DNA from: Alphaproteobacteria bacterium
GTDB taxonomy: Bacteria > Pseudomonadota > Alphaproteobacteria > SP197
DNA length: 64,000 nt
Assembly (NCBI GenBank): GCA_965116515.1
Contig: OZ220705.1
Coordinates: forward strand, 4,381,113 to 4,445,112
Direction: 5' to 3'
Shown: positions 26,974-35,927 of the stretch, piece after piece
How the letters are laid out: every line of letters starts with the position of its first letter
How positions within the stretch are numbered: the first letter of the stretch is position 1
Made by a program: the position numbers and the translations under genes
The notes under the pieces: generated by a model
Database searches by the model: none
The model's input: the letters and a program-made list of their open reading frames with translations, nothing else
What the model was told of the DNA's origin: nothing

Positions 26974-28094
26974 AATGTCCCCGAGGAACCGTCGTCGTGG
27001 ACAGGCGTGACGGCTTCACCATCGGTGACGAATTCATGACCGACGGTAATGAGCGTCACCCGTTCAGGGAGCCCGGCGACGTGATATCCATCGGCTTCGG
27101 CAGAAATGATCGTCACCGGAAGAAAGCGGACCGTCGATTCCCCGTTGATGATCTTGACGCCCAGTGTGCCCGAGTCATCGAGAGACAGGATCGAGGGCGA
27201 AAGGAAGTGGCTGGGAACGGTCGCCAGCGGCAGCCTCACAAGTGTTGTCATTCCAGCCCTGATGGTGTGCTGCGGGTTGGGAATGTCCAGTTCGATCCTG
27301 TAGGTCCGGGTCTGTTCATCCGCAGTTCTGGCAATGTAGCGCACCACTCCGGCCACGGTCTCTCCCGTCGCCAGCGTCACCATGCCCCGGATCCCGGTCT
27401 CGATGCTCGCCACCCGGGTTTCGCTGACAAAGCTGACGACCGTGATCGGATCGAGATCCACGATCGTGCCGAGCGTGTCGGCTGCGCCGGTGAAGACGAC
27501 CGATCCTTCCTCGATGTCGAGTTCCTCGAGAACGCCCGATATCGGAGCCTTGATGCGTGTGCGTTCGATATCGAGACGGATGGCAGCGAGATCGGACCGC
27601 GCCCGATCGAGTTGGGCCAGCGCTTCGGCCTCTGCGGCTTCGGTCTGCCAACCGCTCTCTGCCAGCCTGGAAGCCGCCTCGTACTCGATTTCACGCAGAC
27701 GGACGCTTGACCGGGCCCTCTCCAGGCGCTCCATGCGATCGTCAGGGGCCAACCGGGCGATAAGGTCGCCAGCTTCAACGAAATCACCCTCCCGCACCTC
27801 AACCGCTTCGACACGGCCACGTGTCTGTGCGCTGAGCGCCACAATCCTCTCGGCAGCCGTCTGTCCCGTCAGGGTCAGTTCAAGCGCGTGGGGTATCGCA
27901 ACACTCGTCGCGACCCTGACGGAGGTGGCAGGCGGCGCCTCGATCACGGTTTCCGGCACCGGCTCTGCCCCGCCCTCCGACGCGGGCACATCGTCCCCGA
28001 GATTGCCGGACAGCACCCAAGCTGCAGCACCGATCGCGAAGACAACAGCGAGAATGTGGGAGAATTTCATGATGCCGGATTCATCACGGGCCAT
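26970..28094 (-). CDS. RND efflux periplasmic adaptor (MFP/HlyD_D23 family)
   Basis: LTGQTAAERIVALSAQTRGRVEAVEVREGDFVEAGDLIARL lipoyl-like hairpin, coiled-coil, beta-barrel. ATGA-type overlap with the pump gene. Alternative start ATG 28070 (MKFSHIL...). Confidence 0.9.
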   Translation of the reverse strand: MARDESGIMKFSHILAVVFAIGAAAWVLSGNLGDDVPASEGGAEPVPETVIEAPPATSVRVATSVAIPHALELTLTGQTAAERIVALSAQTRGRVEAVEVREGDFVEAGDLIARLAPDDRMERLERARSSVRLREIEYEAASRLAESGWQTEAAEAEALAQLDRARSDLAAIRLDIERTRIKAPISGVLEELDIEEGSVVFTGAADTLGTIVDLDPITVVSFVSETRVASIETGIRGMVTLATGETVAGVVRYIARTADEQTRTYRIELDIPNPQHTIRAGMTTLVRLPLATVPSHFLSPSILSLDDSGTLGVKIINGESTVRFLPVTIISAEADGYHVAGLPERVTLITVGHEFVTDGEAVTPVHDDGSSGTL

Positions 28095-28171
28095 GTGCCG
28101 GTGATGACTGTTCTCTGGAGTTTCACTATAGCGCAGAGCGACCGGGGATTGGAGTCATCCCGGCGGCCAGG

Positions 28172-28651
28172 TCATCGACGCTCGCCCCTGGCAAGTCCGA
28201 TATGGCGTGCGGCCCACACCGGCGACTCCTTCCATGCCAGCGCGGCAAGGCGTGAATCGATGTCCGGGGGGAAGGGTTTCGTTCGCCCCGCCTTGTGATC
28301 GAGATGGAGCCACATGCACTCGATGGTTCCGCACTGACGCTCACCGACACGAAAGACATGGCCGATGTGGAGGCGCTTGGCATCGTGTCCGATGACAAGG
28401 CTGTCGAAGGAAAGACATTCGCCCCTCGACACTTCGGCGAGATAGCGGACATGTGTTTCAACCGTAACCAGGGCGCATCCGGTCCTGTCGTAGTAGGCGG
28501 TGCCGATATCAAGGTGAGCCTGGAACGCCCATGAGGCGTCACTGGCCGCAACCACGAAGTATCCTTCGTTCATGTGGCCGTAGTGATCCGTCCATGAGTC
28601 GGGCACGTCCACCTGGTAGATGTCCGAAAACAGCGGATTGTCATCATTCAT
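28172..28651 (-). CDS. 4HBT/YbgC-like acyl-CoA thioesterase (hotdog fold)
   Basis: VPDSWTDHYGHMNEGYFVVAASDASW...LVTVETHVRYLAE. Start trimmed to ATG 28651 (MNDDNPLF...), preceded by AGGAGA. Confidence 0.75.
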   Translation of the reverse strand: MNDDNPLFSDIYQVDVPDSWTDHYGHMNEGYFVVAASDASWAFQAHLDIGTAYYDRTGCALVTVETHVRYLAEVSRGECLSFDSLVIGHDAKRLHIGHVFRVGERQCGTIECMWLHLDHKAGRTKPFPPDIDSRLAALAWKESPVWAARHIGLARGERR

Positions 28652-28715
28652 CTCAACTCTCCTGACCATCCGTCCGGGTCCTGCCGGCAGCCCGGATCGA
28701 TGCCGTTGTTGCAGA

Positions 28716-29474
28716 TCAGGGGTCCACCGCGTACGGATCGGGAGTCCAGCCCAGCGCCTCGAGACGTTCGATCGCCTCCGCGTGACGGAGAGCTTCGGCG
28801 GCATCCCTGCTGTCCATGCCGATGCCCCTGACCAGAAGGTTGCGGGCGTGTTCGCTCCCGTCGTCCAGGACCAGCAACCCTGTGGCACACTCCAGCATGA
28901 TGGTCTTGCTGTCGGGTCGGAGTTCCAGGGCCCGTTCGAAATGTTCCAACGCCGCGTCCTCGCTGGCATCGTAGAGCATTCCGGCCACAAAGGAGCCCAG
29001 GGCGTCGATCACACCCGCATGCCAGCGCCCCATGGCAAGGTGGGCCTCGGCCATCTCCGGGTCAAGGGCCAGGGCCTTTTCGGCGGCCTCGCGAATTCTC
29101 GTACCGTAATCCCGGTTCGATGCCTCGAAGGAACCGACCGCCTCCGCGTGCCGGCCGATGGCGGTGGCGAGTTGCACATGGGCTTCGGCGTTCTTCGGAT
29201 CGGCACGGACGGCCTCGGTTGCAAGATTGATGGCCTGCCCGAGGTACCGGTCCACCTCGTCTGTCCCGGCAATGAAGTGGCCATGGACCTGCAGGGACCT
29301 CGCCGCCAGCATGAAACCGGCAGCTGTTCCGAGACCCTCGGCAATCCCGGCGGCCTCGATGAATCTCCCCTCGGCATAGGCAGTCCGCGCAAGGTCGAGG
29401 GACCCGGCCTCGGCATCGAACGGAAGACTGAAGGCCAGCCCGAGAATCCATGCTAGGACGAGGCGTCCCCACAT
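28716..29474 (-). CDS. Secreted helical-repeat (TPR/Sel1-like) protein
   Basis: Signal-peptide-like MWGRLVLAWILGLAFSLPFDAEA, then Ala-rich helical repeats (AYAEGRFIEAA..., DPKNAEAHVQLATAIG..., ALALDPEMAEAHLAMG...). Start could also be 29519. Confidence 0.55.
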   Translation of the reverse strand: MWGRLVLAWILGLAFSLPFDAEAGSLDLARTAYAEGRFIEAAGIAEGLGTAAGFMLAARSLQVHGHFIAGTDEVDRYLGQAINLATEAVRADPKNAEAHVQLATAIGRHAEAVGSFEASNRDYGTRIREAAEKALALDPEMAEAHLAMGRWHAGVIDALGSFVAGMLYDASEDAALEHFERALELRPDSKTIMLECATGLLVLDDGSEHARNLLVRGIGMDSRDAAEALRHAEAIERLEALGWTPDPYAVDP

Positions 29475-29677
29475 CCGGCGCGGAACCGTTTCAGTAATGC
29501 AACCCTTCTCCTGATCCATGACCTTCGGGATTCCACATCGACACGTTGACAGCATAACGCCGCCTTCCTTCCATCGATTTCGCGGATCACAGGACCAACC
29601 TCCCGCGCAAGATACCCCGGTCCCCAAGGCCGGCATGACCCTCAAGAGAACTATACACCAGTAGCCATGTCGAGAGA

Positions 29678-29700
29678 GAAACCGGATGAAACCCGGTTTC
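29678..29700 (-). terminator. Intrinsic-terminator-like hairpin after the mttB-family operon
   Basis: On the minus strand: GAAACCGG-gtttcat-CCGGTTTC followed by TCTCTC. About 160 nt downstream of the HMT gene stop. Confidence 0.45.
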
Positions 29701-29859
29701 CTGCAGCGAGTTGCCCGGGATCAATCACGCCAACCCGAACGCTTCCTTACTTCCTGGATTCTCCTCGACCACCAGGCGGTCGACCGTACCTTCCGCCTGA
29801 TCAGCGTCGGCGCCCGACGAAGTCCGAGTCCAGGGACGAGCCGCAGTATTGCGACGTCG

Positions 29860-30816
29860 TCAGGACAGATGCGTCGGCAGTGCGTCGCGCAGCGGACGGA
29901 TATGCTCGATCTCGATGCCGCAGCAACCTCCCACCACCTGCACACCGGCCTCGACACAGTCCCTGGCCCATGCCGTGAATTCCTCCGGCGTGACCGGTGT
30001 CGGCCTTCCCCGGTCGCGGTAGGTGTCGACATAGTCCATGCGCTCGGCTTCGGGATAGACGCAGATCGGTCCCTGCCACCTGGCGCGCACGACGTCGAGC
30101 GCCGCGTCGGTCGCACTGATCAGCGAATGGAAGAGGCAGACCACATCGCCACCGAGCGCCATGACTTCGTCGAAGCCATCGGCGATGGTCTCGGGCGAAG
30201 AATAGCCGAGCCGGGGCATCGACTCGTGCTCGTCCTGCCTGACCTTGAAGCCGGGCCACACCGGCAAGCCGGTCGCGAGACACGCCTCGACAACCCATTT
30301 GCGATGAATGTTGCCCCCGGTCGATTCGGCGATCAGGAAATCGACCCCGGCCTCGGCCAGTATGTCGGCCTGCTGGCGGAGATTCGCCCGTGCCTGGGCC
30401 TCGGAGGTCTCGCTCCGCCGCTCCTCGTAGTCTCCCTCGCAGGCGACCCGAAGACCGAAGTTCGAGACGGAACCGGCAATCAGCGGCGGACGGTCTCCCG
30501 CCGTCCTGTCACGGGCGTCCTGTGCCAGCATGACGGCGCGCAGGTTGAGTTCGACGACCTTGTCGCCGAGACCGAGGGGCTCGAGGTTGTGGCGGGCAGA
30601 CGAATAGGTGTTGGTGGTGATGATGTCGACACCGGCCGCGACGTACTCCTCGTGCATGCGGCGCACGGTGAAGGGGTGGCTCTCCAGCGCCGCCGCCGCC
30701 CACGCCAGTCCGGACATGGGCACGCCCATGCTCTGGAGCCGGGTGCCGATGGCGCCATCGAGCAGGATGACCTCGCGCCGCGCCAGGCGCCGTTCAAGAT
30801 TTGCATATGCGCTCAC
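29860..30816 (-). CDS. Homocysteine S-methyltransferase-domain protein (Pfam S-methyl_trans-like, stand-alone)
   Basis: VILLDGAIGTRLQ...DIITTNTY...DFLIAEST...VVGGCCGIEIEHIRPL (Zn-binding CC motif). Start set to GTG 30816 (GGGGAGGG upstream), since there is no ATG near the domain start. Confidence 0.8.
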   Translation of the reverse strand: MSAYANLERRLARREVILLDGAIGTRLQSMGVPMSGLAWAAAALESHPFTVRRMHEEYVAAGVDIITTNTYSSARHNLEPLGLGDKVVELNLRAVMLAQDARDRTAGDRPPLIAGSVSNFGLRVACEGDYEERRSETSEAQARANLRQQADILAEAGVDFLIAESTGGNIHRKWVVEACLATGLPVWPGFKVRQDEHESMPRLGYSSPETIADGFDEVMALGGDVVCLFHSLISATDAALDVVRARWQGPICVYPEAERMDYVDTYRDRGRPTPVTPEEFTAWARDCVEAGVQVVGGCCGIEIEHIRPLRDALPTHLS

Positions 30817-30904
30817 GCTGCCCTCCCCAGGCCGAATTCGAGGCTCGAACCATACATCACCGAAACTTCCTGCAGAAAGTGGCGCCGCGGACGATCGCCC
30901 TGGT

Positions 30905-31945
30905 TCACTCCCGGTCGTCTCCATCCATCGGCCACGTGTCGGCAATCCGGTAGCCGGCCGGAAAGGGATCGTCGGACTCGAGGACGTAGTCGCACGCGGC
31001 GGTGATCCATGCCCGGCCGCTCATGGCGGTCACCACGGCCTCGTAGGGTCCGACCCTGACGAGCTCAGTGATTTCCGAGGAGAAGGCAGAGTCGATCAGG
31101 GAGCGGTGCAGGAACGGCTCGCCAACGGAAATCCGCCCGCGTGCATGCAGCACGGCGAGCCGGGCCGATGTTCCCGTACCACACGGACAACGGTCGATTC
31201 GACCGGGCGAAACGACCACCGCATTCCTGGAGTGGAGGCCGCCTTGCGCACGCACGGCCGGAGACCGGAAGAGGGTCTGCGTTATGCCTGCGATCTCCGG
31301 ATTCTCCGGATGGCTGACCGGAATCTGCTCGGCCGCAGCCCGCTTGACCGCCTGACCCACTTCGCAGAGTGTCCGCCCCTCGGACGGCACCAGTTCGAAA
31401 CCAAAGTGAGCCGCATCCACCAACACATAGGTCATGCCACCGAAGGCCACGTCGACCGGCAATGGTGCCAGGCCCGGAACCTCGATCACACGATCGAGGC
31501 AATAGACGAAGGCGGGCCGGTTGACGAGCCGGACCGCGCCGATCCTGCCATTGGCCGTGTCGCATTCGATTCCAATCAGGCCGGCCGGCGCTTCGAGGGT
31601 GAATCGTGTGACCGGTTCCGTAATGGGAACCATGCCGGTCTTCAACAGCACCGTGGCCACGCTCATCGTGTTTCCGCCGGACATGACCGGATACTCCTCG
31701 CTCTCCGCGATGATGAAGCCGGCAACGGCTTGCGGGTGCTCCGAGGCAACGATGAAATTGACGCTCCTGACGACACTGCCACGCGGCTCGTTCAGAAAAA
31801 ACCTGCGGATATCGTCATGGTGCCGACGCAGGTACGTCATCTTCTGGAACACCGGTCCGGCCGGCAGTTCAGGCAGACCGGACGTGACGACCGTCTCGAC
31901 ATCGCCCTCGCAATGACAATCGTAAGCGGTGAAGCGCGCCTTCAT
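30905..31945 (-). CDS. Proline racemase / hydroxyproline epimerase-dehydratase superfamily protein
   Basis: MKARFTAYDCHCEGDVETVV..., ...EYPVMSGGNTMSVA..., ...SPGRIDRCPCGTGTSARLA... The first catalytic position reads Ser and the second Cys. Confidence 0.85.
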   Translation of the reverse strand: MKARFTAYDCHCEGDVETVVTSGLPELPAGPVFQKMTYLRRHHDDIRRFFLNEPRGSVVRSVNFIVASEHPQAVAGFIIAESEEYPVMSGGNTMSVATVLLKTGMVPITEPVTRFTLEAPAGLIGIECDTANGRIGAVRLVNRPAFVYCLDRVIEVPGLAPLPVDVAFGGMTYVLVDAAHFGFELVPSEGRTLCEVGQAVKRAAAEQIPVSHPENPEIAGITQTLFRSPAVRAQGGLHSRNAVVVSPGRIDRCPCGTGTSARLAVLHARGRISVGEPFLHRSLIDSAFSSEITELVRVGPYEAVVTAMSGRAWITAACDYVLESDDPFPAGYRIADTWPMDGDDRE

Positions 31946-32030
31946 GCGGACTCGCCGGTCAAGCTGGCCCGGCATCGTGCTGATCACGCCGTTCGACACA
32001 TGTCAGGTTCGGGGCGGCGGGCAGCCCCGA

Positions 32031-33575
32031 CTACCTCACATCGTCAGGCAGCTCCCGCTCGCGGCGGGTGACGAAATCACGCAATTCCTCGTCTACGGCC
32101 TCGTCCAGCGGGGGCGGCACGTACGTTTCGAGCATCTGCCGCACGCGGGCGGCGGCGCGCCGGTCTGCATCCAGGCCGCCTTCCGCCTCCCATTGCTCGA
32201 AGCTGTCGTGGTTCATCAGCTCGGGCATCATGAAAGCCCGCTCGAAGTTGTCGAGCGTGTGTTTCGTGCCAAGGAAATGTCCGCCGGCCTCGACCTCGCC
32301 GATCGCCTCGAGGGCGTCGTCGAGTTCGCCGAAGTCAACGCCCTGGCCAAGCCTGTAGAACATCTCCATCTGTTCGGCGTCGAGCACGAACTTCGCATAG
32401 CTCTGGGTCAGCGCACCCTCCATGTAGCCCGTCGTCGAAAGAACGAAGTTTGCGCCGGCCATCATCACGCCGTACATGTTGCGCGCCGCCTCGTAGCCGG
32501 CCTGGGCATCAACGATCTTGGCGCTCGAGCAGCCGCCGCTGCACCGCCAGGGCAGACGATAATGGCGGGCCATCTGGCCGACCAGCATGTTCATGTGGCA
32601 GATCTCAGGCGTTCCCGCCATGGGAGCGCCGGACTTCATGGAAACCGTCGCCAGCCACTGGCCGTAGACGGCGGGCGCGCCGCGCCGGACCAATTGCGAG
32701 AAGGCGATTCCTGCCAAGGCCTCGGCGTTGATCTGGACCAGCGAACCGACAGTGCTCGCCGGCGTGCTGGCGCCGCCCAGCACGAAGGGAGTATAGAGCA
32801 TGGCCTGGTTGGCGGACGCATAGACCTTGGCCGCATCGAGCATGGTCTGGTCCCACACCAGCGGCGAGTTGCAGTTGGCGATGGACGTCATGACGGTATT
32901 GTTCTCGACGAATTCGCTACCAAACAGGATCTTCGCCATGGCGACGGTGTCTTCGGCCCGCTCGCGGGCTGTCACCATGCCCATGAAGGGCTTGTCCGAG
33001 TGCCTGATGAGGCTGTAGACCATGTGGAGATGGCGCTTCGGGACGGGCACGTCCATCGGCTCGCACAACACGCCGCCGGAAAGGTGCATGGCCGGCGACA
33101 TGTGAGCCAGTTTCGCGAAGGCGTCGAAATCGGCGAGGGTGCCGTAACGGCGCCGGCCGTCGAGATCGAGAACGTTGGGCGAGCCGTAAGCCGGCGTGAA
33201 AATCTGCTTCAACCCACCCAGTGTGACCGAGCGCGCCCGATTGCGGGCAACCATGGTGTAGCTCTCGGGCACCGTGGCGATCAGTTCCAGCAACTGGCCC
33301 CGGTCGATGCGCACCCTGTAGCCCTCGACCAGCGCTCCGGCGGCCTTCCACAGGGCCACGCTTTCATCGTCCCGGAACTCGATCCCCTTGTTCTCGAGCA
33401 GCGTCATAGTCGCATCGTGGATGTGCTTGACCTGGTCCGGCGACATGAGGTCGATCACTGGAATCCTGCGGTCGAGTTCGGGCAGGAAGCGGACCGGCCG
33501 CTCGGTGCGGGCCTGCTTGCGCGCGTCCCGTCCGCGGCGCCTGCGCGGTTTGTCGACAGCGTCGATGACGGTCAT
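32031..33575 (-). CDS. MttB-superfamily methyltransferase, non-pyrrolysine type (quaternary-amine:corrinoid methyltransferase-like)
   Basis: 514 aa, uninterrupted (no in-frame UAG). Family-typical N-terminus RRRRGRDARK...IHDATMTLLENKGIEF and a TIM-barrel-length body ...NSPLVWD...GGASTPAS... Confidence 0.88.
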   Translation of the reverse strand: MTVIDAVDKPRRRRGRDARKQARTERPVRFLPELDRRIPVIDLMSPDQVKHIHDATMTLLENKGIEFRDDESVALWKAAGALVEGYRVRIDRGQLLELIATVPESYTMVARNRARSVTLGGLKQIFTPAYGSPNVLDLDGRRRYGTLADFDAFAKLAHMSPAMHLSGGVLCEPMDVPVPKRHLHMVYSLIRHSDKPFMGMVTARERAEDTVAMAKILFGSEFVENNTVMTSIANCNSPLVWDQTMLDAAKVYASANQAMLYTPFVLGGASTPASTVGSLVQINAEALAGIAFSQLVRRGAPAVYGQWLATVSMKSGAPMAGTPEICHMNMLVGQMARHYRLPWRCSGGCSSAKIVDAQAGYEAARNMYGVMMAGANFVLSTTGYMEGALTQSYAKFVLDAEQMEMFYRLGQGVDFGELDDALEAIGEVEAGGHFLGTKHTLDNFERAFMMPELMNHDSFEQWEAEGGLDADRRAAARVRQMLETYVPPPLDEAVDEELRDFVTRRERELPDDVR

Positions 33576-33759
33576 CGGCGGAACTCCCTGCGTGAGGCCA
33601 GATTACCTGCTTTCGGCCGGTTGGTCATACAATCGCCTCTCGTCGCCGAACCGGCAGTGAGCATTACTCGTTGACGTCGATTCCGGTTGCCGAATAGGCT
33701 TCCTGGTGCATTGTTGCACAGTCGTGACGATGCCGTTCCGGTGTCGAGGGAGGCAAGAG

Positions 33760-34746
33760 ATGATCAAGAAAGCTGTTTGGATAGCGGCGGGCATGCTTCT
33801 GGCTGTCCAGCTGACGCCGAATACGGTGGCCGCGGATTCAGTCAAGCCGATTTATCAGGGTGTCTCGGAGGAGCTCTTCCAGACCTACATTGTCGGCATG
33901 GGCCTGGAAGAACTCGGCTACGAGGTCGATGAGCCAACGGTCGCCCAGATGCAGGCTAGTTTCGTGGCTGTGGTGAACGGCGACGCCTCGTTCTATCCGG
34001 CGTTCTGGTGGCCGCTTCACAAGACGTTCTGGGAACAGCAGGGTGGCGATGCTGTCTGGCAGCGGGTCGGAACCCTGGTCGAGAATTCACTGCAGGGATA
34101 CCTCATCGACAAGGCGACCGCGGAGGCCCAGGGAATCACGACGCTCGACCAGCTGCAGGATCCGGAACTCGCGAAGCTGTTCGATATCGACGGCAACGGC
34201 AAGGCCGACCTCTATGGCTGCGAGACGGGTTGGGGTTGCGAGCGTGTCATCGAGCACCAACTCGATGCCTACGAGTTGCGCGACACGGTGGAGCACCGTC
34301 AAGGCGGCTATTTTGCCATCATTCCCGATGCCGTGGAACGTATCAGGAGCGGTCAGCCCACGCTCTACTACACCTGGACCCCGCTCTGGCTCAGCGGCGT
34401 TCTGCGTCCCGGACACGAGGTGGTGTGGCTCAACGTCCCCTTCACGTCCCTGCCCGATGGCCGGACCGAAGAGGACAGTACGACCGTGGAGGGCATCGGC
34501 AATCTGGGGTTTGCCGTCAACACGCAGCATGTCATCGCGAACACGGCGTGGCTCGAAGCCAATCCGGTCGCAGGGAAATGGTTCGAGCTGCTGCAGGTCC
34601 CCATCGACGCCATCAATGCCCAGAACATGCTCGTGAACGAGGGCGAGAAGTCGGACGAGCAGATACACCAGCACGCCCGCGACTGGATCGAAGCGAACCA
34701 GGCGCAATGGGACAGCTGGATCGCTGAGGCGCAGGCCGCGCAGTAG
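33760..34746 (+). CDS. proX: Glycine betaine/proline betaine-type ABC substrate-binding protein
   Basis: Signal peptide MIKKAVWIAAGMLLAVQL. The ProX-like body has Trp-rich motifs (FYPAFWWPLH, GCETGWGCE, YYTWTPLW). GGAGG lies before ATG 33760. Confidence 0.85.
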   Translation: MIKKAVWIAAGMLLAVQLTPNTVAADSVKPIYQGVSEELFQTYIVGMGLEELGYEVDEPTVAQMQASFVAVVNGDASFYPAFWWPLHKTFWEQQGGDAVWQRVGTLVENSLQGYLIDKATAEAQGITTLDQLQDPELAKLFDIDGNGKADLYGCETGWGCERVIEHQLDAYELRDTVEHRQGGYFAIIPDAVERIRSGQPTLYYTWTPLWLSGVLRPGHEVVWLNVPFTSLPDGRTEEDSTTVEGIGNLGFAVNTQHVIANTAWLEANPVAGKWFELLQVPIDAINAQNMLVNEGEKSDEQIHQHARDWIEANQAQWDSWIAEAQAAQ

Positions 34747-34831
34747 CGCGCCTGCTCTTTCTGTACGGCCTGGATACAGCGGGTGCATGGTTCGCCATGC
34801 ACCCGTTTTGATTCGATCGCTCGGAGACGGC

Positions 34832-35905
34832 ATGCCGAACGCCACCATTGAATGCCGCGGCGTCTGGAAAATCTTCGGCGACCGCGAGAAGGAGGCGCTG
34901 GCCGCGGTCAGGTCGCGCGGAATCGGAAAGAGCCAGGTTCTGGACGAATTCGGATGCGTCGTCGGCGTGCGGGATGTCAGCTTCGACGTCGCCGAGGGCG
35001 AGATCTTCTGCATCATGGGCCTCTCGGGCTCCGGCAAGTCCACGCTTATCCGTCATGTGAACCGGCTCATCGATCCCAGTGCGGGCGAAATTCTGGTCGA
35101 GGGTGTCGCGGTCAACACGCTTGCGCCGGAGGCCCTGCGCGAGCTCCGGTCGAGGAAGATCGGAATGGTGTTTCAGAACATGGCTCTTCTGCCCCACCGG
35201 ACGGTGCTGGACAATGTCGCGCTCGGTCTCGAGTTGCGCGGCGTCGACAGGACCGAGCGCAACGCAACCGCCGTGAACACACTTGAGCGGGTCGAACTCG
35301 CCGGTTGGGGCGACCGTTATCCCGACGAGCTTTCGGGCGGCATGAAGCAGCGTGTCGGCCTGGCCCGGGCGCTGGCGGCCGATCCGCACATTCTCCTGAT
35401 GGACGAGCCCTTCTCGGCGCTCGATCCTCTGATTCGCCGGGAACTCCAGGGCGAGTTCATGACGCTGGCTTCCCAGATGAACAAGACCACCCTGTTCATC
35501 ACCCACGACCTCGATGAAGCGATCCGGATCGGTCACCGCATCGCCGTCATGAAGGACGGGGCACTGGTGCAGATCGGCACTCCCGAAGATATCGTTACCA
35601 ACCCGAAGGACGACTATGTGGCGGATTTCGTTGCCGGGATTTCCAGACTCAACCTGGTGACGGCGCAAAAAATCATGGAACCGCCCGAGGCTTTTGTCAC
35701 GCAGCACGGTGCGATCGACGAGAAGGTCTGCCCTCGGGCCTCGCCGGACGACAGCCTGGACCGCCTGACCGACCTTGCAGTCGGAAGCCCGCATCCCATT
35801 CTCGTCATCGCGGACGGCAGGACCGTCGGTATCGTGACCGGCCGGACCCTGCTTCGAGGTATTCAAGGCAACCGGTCGGGAGACGGATCCCAGGCAACGA
35901 CCTGA
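34832..35905 (+). CDS. proV: Betaine-type ABC transporter ATP-binding protein with C-terminal CBS pair
   Basis: GLSGSGKST, LSGGMKQRVGLARA, LLMDEPFSALD, then a CBS-like tail (AQKIMEPPEAFV...PILVIADGRTVGIVT). Confidence 0.9.
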   Translation: MPNATIECRGVWKIFGDREKEALAAVRSRGIGKSQVLDEFGCVVGVRDVSFDVAEGEIFCIMGLSGSGKSTLIRHVNRLIDPSAGEILVEGVAVNTLAPEALRELRSRKIGMVFQNMALLPHRTVLDNVALGLELRGVDRTERNATAVNTLERVELAGWGDRYPDELSGGMKQRVGLARALAADPHILLMDEPFSALDPLIRRELQGEFMTLASQMNKTTLFITHDLDEAIRIGHRIAVMKDGALVQIGTPEDIVTNPKDDYVADFVAGISRLNLVTAQKIMEPPEAFVTQHGAIDEKVCPRASPDDSLDRLTDLAVGSPHPILVIADGRTVGIVTGRTLLRGIQGNRSGDGSQATT

Positions 35906-35927
35906 GAGGGTCAGGGAGTGACGGCTC

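Noticed and set aside
25264-27039. 591-aa plus-strand ORF (and 24728-25930 minus-strand alternate frame)
   Set aside because: It lies within the RND pump gene on the opposite strand or in the wrong frame. The composition is not protein-like.
32031-33575. Check for an in-frame amber (pyrrolysine) codon in the MttB homolog
   Set aside because: The ORF is continuous for 514 codons with no internal stop, so it is a non-Pyl family member. No pyl genes were seen.
30608-33674. Plus-strand ORFs 30608-32071 and 31929-33674
   Set aside because: Antisense to the HMT, proline-racemase-family and MttB genes, all of which have strong family signatures.
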